The notes under the pieces were generated by a model. The model saw nothing but the letters and a program-made list of their open reading frames with translations. It was not told the DNA's origin and ran no database searches. The position numbers and the translations under genes are program-made. Shown piece after piece: positions 9,494 through 18,421 of a stretch of 64,000 nucleotides of DNA (its first letter is position 1; the number at the start of each line of letters is the position of its first letter). The stretch is taken from assembly GCA_964401835.1 (NCBI GenBank), contig CAYNZP010000008.1, positions 37,899-101,898 on the forward strand, written 5' to 3'. Source of the stretch: an uncultured Planctomycetaceae bacterium (GTDB lineage Bacteria > Planctomycetota > Phycisphaerae > SM23-33).

Positions 9494-10846
9494 TCAGACG
9501 AAATCCCTTGGGTCTGTCATCTTGCCTGTAATGGCGCTGGCCGCTGCTGTCAGCGGACTTGCCAGATAAATACCAGCTTCCTTAGAGCCCATGCGACCGG
9601 GGAAGTTTCTGTTGGTGGTAGAGACGATAGTCATCGGCTCGTTAGCGCGGCCGAACGTATCGACCGGGCCACCCAGACACGCGGCACAACTGGCAGGGCC
9701 TATCGTGCAGCCGGCATCCTGGAATATTTTCCGCAGGCTCTTGCCGTTTACTTGCTTTTCGTCAAGGTCAACATCTACTTCAACCGTCGCCGGAACAATG
9801 AACGTCTCAGCCTTGACGCTCTGGCCATCCAGTATTTTGGCTGCAGCAATAAAATCTTCCGTCTTTCCACCCGTGCAGGAACCGATATAGGACCGGTCAA
9901 TTTTCAGGTCTTTCAAGTCTCTCACGAGTGCTCGCCTGTCCGGAGAATGCGGCTGAGCAACTGTTGGCTCAAGCTTGGAAGCATCAAATTCCATAACCTT
10001 GGCGTAGGCTGCATCGGGATCGGACTCGACAACCTTGAAAGGTTTGTCCGACCGGCTGCGGACATATTCCAGAGTTACATCATCAGGGGCGATTATGCCG
10101 TTCTTGCCGCCTGCTTCTATTGCCATATTGCAGATTGTCATCCGCTCATCCATGTTGAGACCCATCACCGCATCACCGGCAAATTCCATCGCACAGTAGG
10201 TAGCGCCGTCGGTCCCAATCTCGCCGATAACGTATAAAATCAAATCCTTGGCCATGAGGTAGTGCGGCATCTCGCCATTGAAGACGAACTTCAACGAAGC
10301 GGGAACCTTCAGCCAAGTCTTGCCCGTGCCAAGTATAAAGGCGGCATCTGTATTGCCCACGCCCGTTGCGAATTCGCCAAAGGCGCCATGTGTACAGGTA
10401 TGGCTGTCGGTGCCGATGAGAATCTCTCCCGGCCGGGTGTGCCCGTTTTGCGGCAAACCCAAATGGCAAACGCCACGATAGCTCGTGGTCTTAGGGTCAG
10501 CGTACGGCTGGGGGATTCCTTCCTGGCCAGCCTTGATGAAGTCTGGGTCGTAATAATATTTAATGCCCTGGTTCTTCACGAACTCACGAAGTATCTCGAT
10601 ATTCCGGTGGGCCTTGGGATCGGCCGTGAATATATAATGGTCGGGGATGATAACTATCCCTTCCTTATCGAACACCGGCGCGTTGGAGCCGAATTTCTCC
10701 TGGAATATCCCGATCGTACCCGGGCCACAGACATCGTGGGTCATCAGGACGTCGACATCGCACCAGATATTTTCGCCGGGTGCTGCGTTTTTCTTACCCG
10801 CATGGGCAGCCAAAATCTTTTCAGTTATTGTCATTGCCATATCCAA
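9494..10846 (-). CDS. leuC: Aconitase-family dehydratase large subunit (archaeal-type 3-isopropylmalate / homoaconitate dehydratase LeuC-like)
   Basis: MTITEKIL start, IGTDSHTCTHGAFG and the GSCTGG / CAACLGG cluster ligands. No small (LeuD) subunit gene adjacent. Confidence 0.7.
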   Translation of the reverse strand: MDMAMTITEKILAAHAGKKNAAPGENIWCDVDVLMTHDVCGPGTIGIFQEKFGSNAPVFDKEGIVIIPDHYIFTADPKAHRNIEILREFVKNQGIKYYYDPDFIKAGQEGIPQPYADPKTTSYRGVCHLGLPQNGHTRPGEILIGTDSHTCTHGAFGEFATGVGNTDAAFILGTGKTWLKVPASLKFVFNGEMPHYLMAKDLILYVIGEIGTDGATYCAMEFAGDAVMGLNMDERMTICNMAIEAGGKNGIIAPDDVTLEYVRSRSDKPFKVVESDPDAAYAKVMEFDASKLEPTVAQPHSPDRRALVRDLKDLKIDRSYIGSCTGGKTEDFIAAAKILDGQSVKAETFIVPATVEVDVDLDEKQVNGKSLRKIFQDAGCTIGPASCAACLGGPVDTFGRANEPMTIVSTTNRNFPGRMGSKEAGIYLASPLTAAASAITGKMTDPRDFV

Positions 10847-10913
10847 ACTCCATGTATCGGAGAGATGTTACGGAATTTGTTACGCCGGGTCAACTTCGAG
10901 GAGCCAGAATCCG

Positions 10914-11780
10914 TCAATCCACTCGCATTAAGCCTTTGGATGACGCATAGCTTCGCAGATTTGCCACATCTATTCCGGAAGGAAGGTCCATTAGTTCCGG
11001 AAAATTACTTGCACGAAAGGCAGGGCGGTATTGGCCCATGACATTTATCGCACAGCCCGGTGCAACTTCGGCAATGATATCCATTACCTTTGAGCTGGGT
11101 GTCAAATTATTGGGCAAGACCAAATGCCTTACCAGCAGACCACTTGTCGCCACGCCATTTTTATCCAGTTCTAGCGGGCCTACCTGTCGATACATTTCAG
11201 CCAGTGCAGCCTTGGCGATTTCTGGATAATCTTTCACGCCCGAATACTTCCTGGCTGCATCCGCGTCAGCATATTTAAAATCCGGCATGTAGATTTCAAT
11301 CAACCCATCCAATAGCTTGAGCGTCTCGACAGACTCATAGCCGCCACAGTTATAAACTATCGGCACTGTAAGACCATCTTTCCGCGAAATAGCTATCGCC
11401 TCGGCGAGACTGTGGGCAACATGCGTCGGCGTTACAAAGTTGACATTCACGCAGCCGGTTTTCTGAAGGTCCAGAGCAATGTCGGCAATTTCTTTGGGGG
11501 AAAGAGTCTGTCCTTTGTTTGAATGACTGATATCAAAGTTCTGACAAAAAGCACAATCCAGATTGCAACCTGAAAGAAAAATCGTACCGCTTCCGCCTCT
11601 GCCGACAAGGACGGGTTCTTCGCCGAAGTGCGGCCCGTAAGAAGCTACAACGGCTTGGGCTCCAATTCGACATGCACCGATCTGGCCTGCAGTGCGATCG
11701 ACGTGACATTGCCATGGGCACAACGTGCAATCGCGGATAATTTTCTTCAATTTTTTTATGTTCTCATTCAAAACTGCCAT
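10914..11780 (-). CDS. Radical SAM protein, PflA/PflX-like activase family
   Basis: GCNLDCAFCQNF radical SAM CxxxCxxC motif plus an N-terminal CTLCPWQC cysteine cluster. Confidence 0.7.
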   Translation of the reverse strand: MAVLNENIKKLKKIIRDCTLCPWQCHVDRTAGQIGACRIGAQAVVASYGPHFGEEPVLVGRGGSGTIFLSGCNLDCAFCQNFDISHSNKGQTLSPKEIADIALDLQKTGCVNVNFVTPTHVAHSLAEAIAISRKDGLTVPIVYNCGGYESVETLKLLDGLIEIYMPDFKYADADAARKYSGVKDYPEIAKAALAEMYRQVGPLELDKNGVATSGLLVRHLVLPNNLTPSSKVMDIIAEVAPGCAINVMGQYRPAFRASNFPELMDLPSGIDVANLRSYASSKGLMRVD

Positions 11781-11833
11781 TACTTTATTTTAACGATTCG
11801 GCAGGGGGGACAAAAAGGTCCCAAAAGATGAGA

Positions 11834-13396
11834 TTATTCTTCAGCTTGGAGAATGGCTTCGATTAGGCCGTCAATGGTGTGCTCTTGAGCTACGGCAGCG
11901 GGTTCCATGCAGAATGAGCGAAGCGCGTCAGCTGTTACCGGACCAATAGCGGCAAACCTTGTATTGGATAAATCCAACTGCATATCTTTGGTAAGTGTCA
12001 CAAAATTATCAACTGTCGAAGATGAAGTAAAAGTTATCCAGTCAGCTTTGCTTTCTCGAAGGAATTTGATCGCTTCGTGTGGGAAATAATCCGGGCGCAG
12101 GGTATGGTATACGGTGAGGTCTTCTACGGTTGCCCCAGCATCTCTAAGTCGATTTGCCAAATCTTCTGTTGCTATGTCAGCTCTTGCAAGCAAGAAGCGT
12201 TGTCCGTCAAGCGGCCCATTGGCTGTCAGCACCTTGGCCAAAGCTTCCGTAGTGAATATTTCAGGAACCAGGTCGGGTTCGATAAGGTTATTGCGCAACG
12301 CGTCGGCAGTCGCTGGCCCGATAGCAGCTATAGCCAGATTGCCCAAAGCACGTAAATCCAGGCCAAGCTTTAAGAGGCAATATAGAAAAGCGTCCGCACC
12401 ATTTGGAGATGTAAAAACCAACCAGTCAAATTCGCTTAGTCTAAATATTGCTTCATCAACCGGGTTGGTATCATCTGGTAATTCGATCGAAATTGTAGGG
12501 GCCTTGATAACATCCGCCCCGAGCTTTTTGAGTTTTGAGAACAAATCGAATGACTGCTCCTCAGCCCGGGTTATCACAATTTTTTTGCCAAAAAGAGGTA
12601 GTTGCTCAAACCATTTGAGCTGAGATTGCAATTCAACTACTTTTCCAACGATGATTATGGCAGGGGGGGTAACCCCGGCAGAGTCAGCCTGAGAGGGAAG
12701 TTTTTCCAATGTAGAAGTAATCGTTCTCTGGTTCGGTGTGGTTGCTCGCTCCACGATCGCTGCAGGTGTGTTCGGGGCCCGGCCGGCCTGTATCAGGCGT
12801 TCTGCGATAAGAGGAAGGTTTCCAACACTCATATAAAAAACTACGGTTTCCATCCGTGCAAGAGCTTCGTAATCTATCGATGATTCCGTTTTTTCGTCAT
12901 CCTCGTGGCCGGTAATAAAAGTGACACTGGAGGCTTTGTATCGGTCTGTTAAAGAAATCCCCGCAAAATCCGCAGCCCCAACTGCAGATGTAATACCGGG
13001 CACTATTTGAAACTTAAGCCCAGCTTTTTTAAGAGCTTGGGCCTCTTCGCCTCCCCGTCCGAAAATAAAAGGGTCTCCACCTTTGAGGCGAACAACAAAT
13101 TTTCCATCCGAGGCTTTTTCCACCAAAAGTGAATTAATCTGCTCCTGCGTCATGGTCGGCTGGGAAGGTTTTTTTCCAACATAAATTTTCTCAGCTTTTT
13201 CTGGAACGATACTGATAATAGACGGGTCAACAAGCCTGTCGTAAATTACTACATCTGCTGAGGTTAGGCATTCAACAGCCGCTATTGTCAAAAGCCTGAC
13301 ATCTCCTGGACCAGCCCCGACAAGCGCTACGTTTGGATAGTTATCTTCGTAAGTTCCCATCAGAACTATTCTAAGCGCAGTTTTTGGGAAAGGCAA
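11834..13396 (-). CDS. cobA-hemD: Uroporphyrinogen-III C-methyltransferase fused to uroporphyrinogen-III synthase
   Basis: N-terminal SUMT domain (VALVGAGPGD, GGDPFIFGRGGEE) followed by a HemD-like C-terminal half. 520 aa. Confidence 0.8.
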   Translation of the reverse strand: MPFPKTALRIVLMGTYEDNYPNVALVGAGPGDVRLLTIAAVECLTSADVVIYDRLVDPSIISIVPEKAEKIYVGKKPSQPTMTQEQINSLLVEKASDGKFVVRLKGGDPFIFGRGGEEAQALKKAGLKFQIVPGITSAVGAADFAGISLTDRYKASSVTFITGHEDDEKTESSIDYEALARMETVVFYMSVGNLPLIAERLIQAGRAPNTPAAIVERATTPNQRTITSTLEKLPSQADSAGVTPPAIIIVGKVVELQSQLKWFEQLPLFGKKIVITRAEEQSFDLFSKLKKLGADVIKAPTISIELPDDTNPVDEAIFRLSEFDWLVFTSPNGADAFLYCLLKLGLDLRALGNLAIAAIGPATADALRNNLIEPDLVPEIFTTEALAKVLTANGPLDGQRFLLARADIATEDLANRLRDAGATVEDLTVYHTLRPDYFPHEAIKFLRESKADWITFTSSSTVDNFVTLTKDMQLDLSNTRFAAIGPVTADALRSFCMEPAAVAQEHTIDGLIEAILQAEE

Positions 13397-13476
13397 AAAT
13401 TTACGTAGTTATTTAAGGTGACACCCGACTGGACCGATTCTCAAAGTAGCTGATAATTTTTCAGCCTTTAGGAGCA

Positions 13477-13836
13477 ATGAAAATGAACAGCTCAACTGGA
13501 AAAAATATGGAACGTAGGCGTCACCCACGCACGCAGCTGCAAATGTCTCTCAGCGCCATCCGGCTGGACCCGGAAGGTGGAGATGTCGTCGACAGGCTTC
13601 ATATGCTTGATATTTCAAAAGGCGGCATGGGGGCAATGACCGACCGAACTTACTACCCTGGCCAGCGTCTCATGCTCAGGCTTCCATTGTCAGAAAACAG
13701 CGGACGACGAAATGTTTACGCCACCGTGGTGCGTTGTATGGCAAGGGAAGAGGGATATAAGATCGGTTTGGAATTTGATGCAGCTTCAGTCGGTTCATGG
13801 TGTGGAGTAAGCACAACTACAGCTATTGCCGCATAA
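13477..13836 (+). CDS. PilZ domain protein (c-di-GMP-binding type)
   Basis: RRHPRT ... DISKGGMG matches the RxxxR and D/NxSxxG PilZ signatures. Confidence 0.7.
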   Translation: MKMNSSTGKNMERRRHPRTQLQMSLSAIRLDPEGGDVVDRLHMLDISKGGMGAMTDRTYYPGQRLMLRLPLSENSGRRNVYATVVRCMAREEGYKIGLEFDAASVGSWCGVSTTTAIAA

Positions 13837-13869
13837 GATTTTGGCTTTTTATTGATGTGAGGGTGAGGG

Positions 13870-13897
13870 AGGGCCGCTTTTGCGGCCCTTTCTTTAT
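13870..13897 (+). terminator. Rho-independent terminator after the PilZ gene
   Basis: AGGGCCGC-TTTT-GCGGCCCT hairpin followed by TTCTTTAT. Confidence 0.6.
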
Positions 13898-13965
13898 GCG
13901 CTTTTAGTCGCCAAAAAGTCCCGCTTGACATTCAGATGAAACTATTGCTAGACTTATCCGCGCAC

Positions 13966-14036
13966 TGGGGATTGGTGTAACGGTAGCACGACTGACTCTG
14001 GATCAGTTAGTAAAGGTTCGAATCCTTTATCCCCAG
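13966..14036 (+). tRNA. tRNA-Gln (anticodon CUG)
   Basis: Hand-folded cloverleaf. Acceptor TGGGGAT/ATCCCCA with U1-A72 as in bacterial tRNA-Gln. T-arm AAAGG-TTCGAAT-CCTTT. Anticodon stem ACTGA/TCAGT with loop CTCTGGA. CCA is not encoded. Confidence 0.85.
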
Positions 14037-14097
14037 GTTAATAAAAGCCGCGAAGCTCAAACGAGGCTGACCGCCCAAATAAACAATCTCATCTTTT

Positions 14098-15516
14098 TTA
14101 TTCGCCTGTAACCACCCTTACGATTTTTCGTGGCGGAAGGTGCAGCGCGGCCCCGAAAGAATCTTCGGCAGATTCTTTAAGAGACTCGCTTATGGTGGGG
14201 TGTGCGAATACCGTTTCCGCCATCTCTTTTGCAGAGACTTTTTGTCCAAGAAGAACGGTGGCAGCTGCGATAATCTCGGTCGCATTATGTCCGATCATGT
14301 GAACGCCGAGAAGCTTTTCGTCTTCTCTTGAACGGATGACCTTGACGAAGCCTTCGGTCTTGCCGACAGCCATCGCCTTTCCAAGGTGACCGATAGGGAA
14401 GGTGCCAACAGATACCGGAATGTCTTTTTCACGGGCTTGTTTACTGGTCAAACCGACTGAAGCGACTTCCGGGAATGTATAAACAGCGCCAGGTATTGGG
14501 GCTGTGTATTTCCTTTTGTGTCCGAGTGCATTTTCGACAGCTATTACGCCCTGTTCGCTTGCCGCATGGGCCAGAAGGCATCTGCCATTGGCATCACCAA
14601 TACAGAAATAGCCCTTTACCTTGGTCTCCATTTTTTCATTTACACTGATAAAACCGCGATCAGTATCAAGGCCAATCTTATCCAAGCCTAAATCGGCTGT
14701 ATTTGGTTTGCGGCCTATAGCTACAAGAACTTTGTCAGCCTCTATCGTACGTCCACCGCTTAATTTGGCTGTTATCTTGTTTGCGGAAGTTGTCAGTTCT
14801 TCTACCTTGGTGCTGGTAATGCAATCTATCCCTCGCTTAGTGAAAATTTCGGCAAGAGAAAGTCCCAATTGGGTTTCCATCTCCGGCAGAAGGTTGGGTA
14901 GCATCTCGACGACGGTCACTTCTACGCCGTATTCCCGCATCATGCAGGCAAACTCGCAGCCGATAACCCCGCCACCAATGATCAATAGACTTTGTGGGGG
15001 TTTATCCCAATGAAGAGCCTCGTCACTTGTGCATACAAGCTGTGGATCTTCAGGCCAACCGGGTATGCGTGTAGGAACAGAACCGACAGCGATGATGGTC
15101 TTGGCTGCGGAAATTGATTCTTCCGAGCCATTCTGTTTTGTTATTTTTATCTTTCCATCGCCTGCTATCGTGCCTTTGCCTTCGAATAAAGTCACTTTTC
15201 GCGAACCGAACAACCCTTTGATTCCACCACGCAGGGTCTTGAGAACGGTATCTTTACGTTTCTGAATGGAGGGCCAATCGAAGTTAACCTGCCCCGAGAC
15301 GCTTACTCCGAGGCTTGAAGCGCCATTGATTTTGTAAAGAAGCTCGGCCGAAGCGAGCAGCGCTTTTGAGGGAATGCAGCCATAGTTCAGACAGGTGCCT
15401 CCGAGATGATGTTTTTCTATAACTGCTACCTTGGCGCCCAACTGTGCCGCTTTCAAAGCAGCAACATAACCACCGGGGCCGCTGCCGATTACCGCAATAT
15501 CAAAATCTTTACTCAT
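14098..15516 (-). CDS. lpdA: Dihydrolipoyl dehydrogenase (E3)
   Basis: DIAVIGSGPGGYVAA FAD motif, redox-active CLNYGCIPSK, NAD and interface domains. Track ORF extends 12 codons upstream of the probable MSKDFD start. Confidence 0.9.
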   Translation of the reverse strand: MSKDFDIAVIGSGPGGYVAALKAAQLGAKVAVIEKHHLGGTCLNYGCIPSKALLASAELLYKINGASSLGVSVSGQVNFDWPSIQKRKDTVLKTLRGGIKGLFGSRKVTLFEGKGTIAGDGKIKITKQNGSEESISAAKTIIAVGSVPTRIPGWPEDPQLVCTSDEALHWDKPPQSLLIIGGGVIGCEFACMMREYGVEVTVVEMLPNLLPEMETQLGLSLAEIFTKRGIDCITSTKVEELTTSANKITAKLSGGRTIEADKVLVAIGRKPNTADLGLDKIGLDTDRGFISVNEKMETKVKGYFCIGDANGRCLLAHAASEQGVIAVENALGHKRKYTAPIPGAVYTFPEVASVGLTSKQAREKDIPVSVGTFPIGHLGKAMAVGKTEGFVKVIRSREDEKLLGVHMIGHNATEIIAAATVLLGQKVSAKEMAETVFAHPTISESLKESAEDSFGAALHLPPRKIVRVVTGE

Positions 15517-15548
15517 ATCAAATACCTTATGGGAAATGCAGGAAAGAA

Positions 15549-17441
15549 TCAAAGCAACTGTTGGGGTTCTTCGAGTAATTCCTTTAGTCTTATCAGGAAC
15601 TGGGCAGCGACCAACCCGTCGATTACCCTATGATCAACACTTAGTGTAACGGTCATAACTTTAACAGGCTTGATAGCGCCTTCGCTGACTTTGATGCTCT
15701 CATTGATTGCGCCGACTGCAATGATAGCTGCTTCAGGTGGGTTTATGATTGCCTGGAATTCTTTTATTCCAAACATGCCAAGGTTGGTTATGGTAAAGTT
15801 ACCCTGGCCTAGACCTTCGAGCTTACCATTGCGGGCATTTTCAACAATCTTTCGTGCCTGAACAGAGATGTTTTCGAGATTCATCCTGTCTGCACCGACT
15901 AGAACGGGAACTACCAAGCCCTTTTCAGTGCCCACGGCGATACCAACATTAGCGGTTGGAAATTCGACGATTTCTTCATTATCGAATTTGCTGCGAAAGG
16001 CTGGGAATTCCCGCATTACGCGGGCACAGGCCAGCACCACGAAATCATTGATTGTGCACTTGAACTTTTCCTTCGTCTGTTTATAGACTCCGAAGAGTTC
16101 GTCAGCTTCGATGTCCTGTTTAATATAAAAGTGAGGAATGTTTTGCTTTGAATATAACAAATTGCGAGCTATCGCCTTTCGCATATTCGACATTTTCTTA
16201 CGAACAGGCTCAGTCCCGGTTACAGTAGCGGTTTCGACGTCTTTTGAAATAATTCGTCCACCGGGGCCGCTTCCTGTACCTACTGCGGTCAGATCAATAC
16301 CAAGTTCGGCTGCAATCTTTCTGGCTGCGGGCGATGCTTTGATTCGCCCACTGTCAGATACCGCAAGCTTGGATTTTGGCGCGCCGATAGTCGGTTTTTG
16401 TTCAGCTGCTTTGGGGGCGGGCTGCGCTTGCGATTTTGCTAGGCTTCCCTGTGCAGCTATATAAGCGTCGGCATCGGCATCGTTGTCCGCAATAATCCCT
16501 ACCGTTTGCTTAACTTGAGCTGTTTCATCTTCACCGATTAGGATCTTCGCTACTCTACCACTGTCAATCGCTTCAATTTCTACCGTGGCCTTATCAGTTT
16601 CAACGTCGAATATTACATCTCCGGCCTTGATTTGATCGCCCACCTTGACATGCCATTTAACTATCGTGCCTTCTTCCATGGACTGGCCGGGTTGGGGCAT
16701 TAAAATTGGAATGACGTTTTCAGGTACAGACACTTCTTCACTTTGCGGAGTTGGTGGCTTGGGCTGTTTAGTGTCAGGCTGTGCGGATGGCTGCTCTTGA
16801 AGATATGCTTCAACGTCTGCATCATTATCAGCCAAATACGCAACAGTTTGTTTTACTTGAGCGGTTTCATCTGCACCGATTACGATCTTTGCGACTCTGC
16901 CGCTATCAATTGCTTCGATTTCGACCGTAGCCTTGTCGGTTTCAACGTCAAAAATCACATCGCCGGCCTTGATTTTATCGCCGGCCTTGACATGCCATTT
17001 AACTATCGTGCCTTCTTCCATGGACTGCCCGGGCTGGGGCATAAGAATGGGAGTAACTTTACCGGAAGGCTTAGGTTTTTCCTGTTTTGGTTCTGATTTA
17101 TCAGTCGAAGATTCTTTTTTCTTAACCATTTTTGTATTCTGAATCTGGGGAAGTGGTATTTCGAGGGTTTCGTTTTCAAGTTCTTTGAGGAAGGCCGATA
17201 CGTCTTCGCCCTTTTTGCCTATCAGGCCTATTAGTTCTCCATTTGTAATTACGGTTCCTTCTTTCAAAAGTATTTTCAGTAAGGTTCCGCTGGATGCAGC
17301 TTCAAGTTCGATTATTGAGTCGGAGGTTTCGACCTCTAAAAGGACTTGGCCTTTGTCAATTTTATCGCCTTCTTTTTTGAGCCAGCGACCTACCGTTCCT
17401 TCGTGAGTCGCACTCGTTAAAGACACTTTAATTGCGTACAT
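15549..17441 (-). CDS. 2-oxoacid dehydrogenase E2 (dihydrolipoamide acyltransferase) with three lipoyl domains
   Basis: Three lipoyl domains (ETSD and two ETDKATVEIEA lysine sites), an E3-binding domain, and a catalytic domain with DHRVIDG. Confidence 0.85.
   Translation of the reverse strand: MYAIKVSLTSATHEGTVGRWLKKEGDKIDKGQVLLEVETSDSIIELEAASSGTLLKILLKEGTVITNGELIGLIGKKGEDVSAFLKELENETLEIPLPQIQNTKMVKKKESSTDKSEPKQEKPKPSGKVTPILMPQPGQSMEEGTIVKWHVKAGDKIKAGDVIFDVETDKATVEIEAIDSGRVAKIVIGADETAQVKQTVAYLADNDADVEAYLQEQPSAQPDTKQPKPPTPQSEEVSVPENVIPILMPQPGQSMEEGTIVKWHVKVGDQIKAGDVIFDVETDKATVEIEAIDSGRVAKILIGEDETAQVKQTVGIIADNDADADAYIAAQGSLAKSQAQPAPKAAEQKPTIGAPKSKLAVSDSGRIKASPAARKIAAELGIDLTAVGTGSGPGGRIISKDVETATVTGTEPVRKKMSNMRKAIARNLLYSKQNIPHFYIKQDIEADELFGVYKQTKEKFKCTINDFVVLACARVMREFPAFRSKFDNEEIVEFPTANVGIAVGTEKGLVVPVLVGADRMNLENISVQARKIVENARNGKLEGLGQGNFTITNLGMFGIKEFQAIINPPEAAIIAVGAINESIKVSEGAIKPVKVMTVTLSVDHRVIDGLVAAQFLIRLKELLEEPQQLL
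16455..17085. repeat. Tandem ~342-bp duplication encoding lipoyl domains 2 and 3 of E2
   Basis: Two direct units (about 16460-16740 and 16803-17083) roughly 85-90% identical at nucleotide level. Encoded peptides are near-identical (PILMPQPGQSMEEGTIVKWHVK...). Confidence 0.7.
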
Positions 17442-17517
17442 TTAATCACCTTTGAATAATAAGTATCTTAGATAATGTTAAATATAATGCAAAAAAAAGC
17501 AACATTCAATCACATAA

Positions 17518-17536
17518 ATGCAAAAATATGTTGCAT
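17518..17536. promoter_or_regulatory. Candidate operator palindrome ATGCAA-N7-TTGCAT in the deoR / E2 divergent region
   Basis: Perfect 6-bp inverted repeat. It overlaps a TTGCAT -35-like hexamer 18 nt upstream of TATTAT, ahead of the DeoR gene. Confidence 0.3.
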
Positions 17537-17605
17537 CAATGCTCGTTTTAGGGATATTATAGGCTGCGCATCAAGCGATAAACCCAGAAAAAGGGTAGGT
17601 GAAAG

Positions 17606-18391
17606 ATGGTTTCAATCAGGCAGAGACAAGAGCTGATAATTGCCCAAGCCTATGAAAAAGGGCATGTTACAGTAAAAGATCTGGCAAATGAGCTTGGTGT
17701 TTCTGAAGCAACAATACGCCGGGATCTGCGAGGTTTGGCAGATCAGGGCCAGCTTCAGCTCACACACGGTGGTGCGTATGTGGCCAAGGATTTTAATTAC
17801 TCGTTTCGGTCAAAGGCCGCCCGTAATGTTGAATCGAAGCGGGTAATTGGAAAACTTGCCAGCGAGTTGGTCAAGGATGGAGACCAGATATTTCTGGATT
17901 CCGGCACGACCTGTTTTGAGATGGCCAAGTATCTTCGGGCGAAGCAAGGTTTGTCAGTAATAGTTAACTCACTTCGCCTGGCAGAGGAATTGTCCTCACC
18001 TGGTGTCAATGTTGTGATGTTGGGGGGGCAATACAGGCCGGAACGATTGGATACTGTCGGGCCGCTGGCGATGGCCTCGTGTGATCAGTTGCGAGGTTAT
18101 TTAGCCATTATCGGCGTTGACGGAATCGAGAAGGACTTCGGATTGGCTGCGAGCGACATCGATAGCTCTCACCTGTTCCGTTTGGCTGCTCGAAACGCAC
18201 GGGAGACAGTCCTTGTCGCTGATAGTAGTAAGTTCAATATACCGTCTCTTTACAAGATCGTTGGTTGGGAGTCGGTTTCGCGAGTAATAACCGATGTTCG
18301 CCCAAGTCGTGACTGGGAAGAGTTTTTCAGTTCACAGGGAATTGATGTAATTTTCCCTGATGGCAAACAGCAAGAAGCTGGTACGAGCTAG
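17606..18391 (+). CDS. DeoR family transcriptional regulator
   Basis: N-terminal DeoR HTH (VKDLANELGVSEATIRRDL), C-terminal DeoR sugar-phosphate-binding-like domain, AGGTGA RBS. Confidence 0.8.
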   Translation: MVSIRQRQELIIAQAYEKGHVTVKDLANELGVSEATIRRDLRGLADQGQLQLTHGGAYVAKDFNYSFRSKAARNVESKRVIGKLASELVKDGDQIFLDSGTTCFEMAKYLRAKQGLSVIVNSLRLAEELSSPGVNVVMLGGQYRPERLDTVGPLAMASCDQLRGYLAIIGVDGIEKDFGLAASDIDSSHLFRLAARNARETVLVADSSKFNIPSLYKIVGWESVSRVITDVRPSRDWEEFFSSQGIDVIFPDGKQQEAGTS

Positions 18392-18421
18392 CAAGAAAAA
18401 ATTTATTGCAGGAGTTTTCCA

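Noticed and set aside
9449-11041. 259-262 aa plus-strand ORFs overlapping the LeuC-like and radical SAM genes
   Set aside because: They are antisense shadow ORFs inside genes with strong family signatures on the minus strand.
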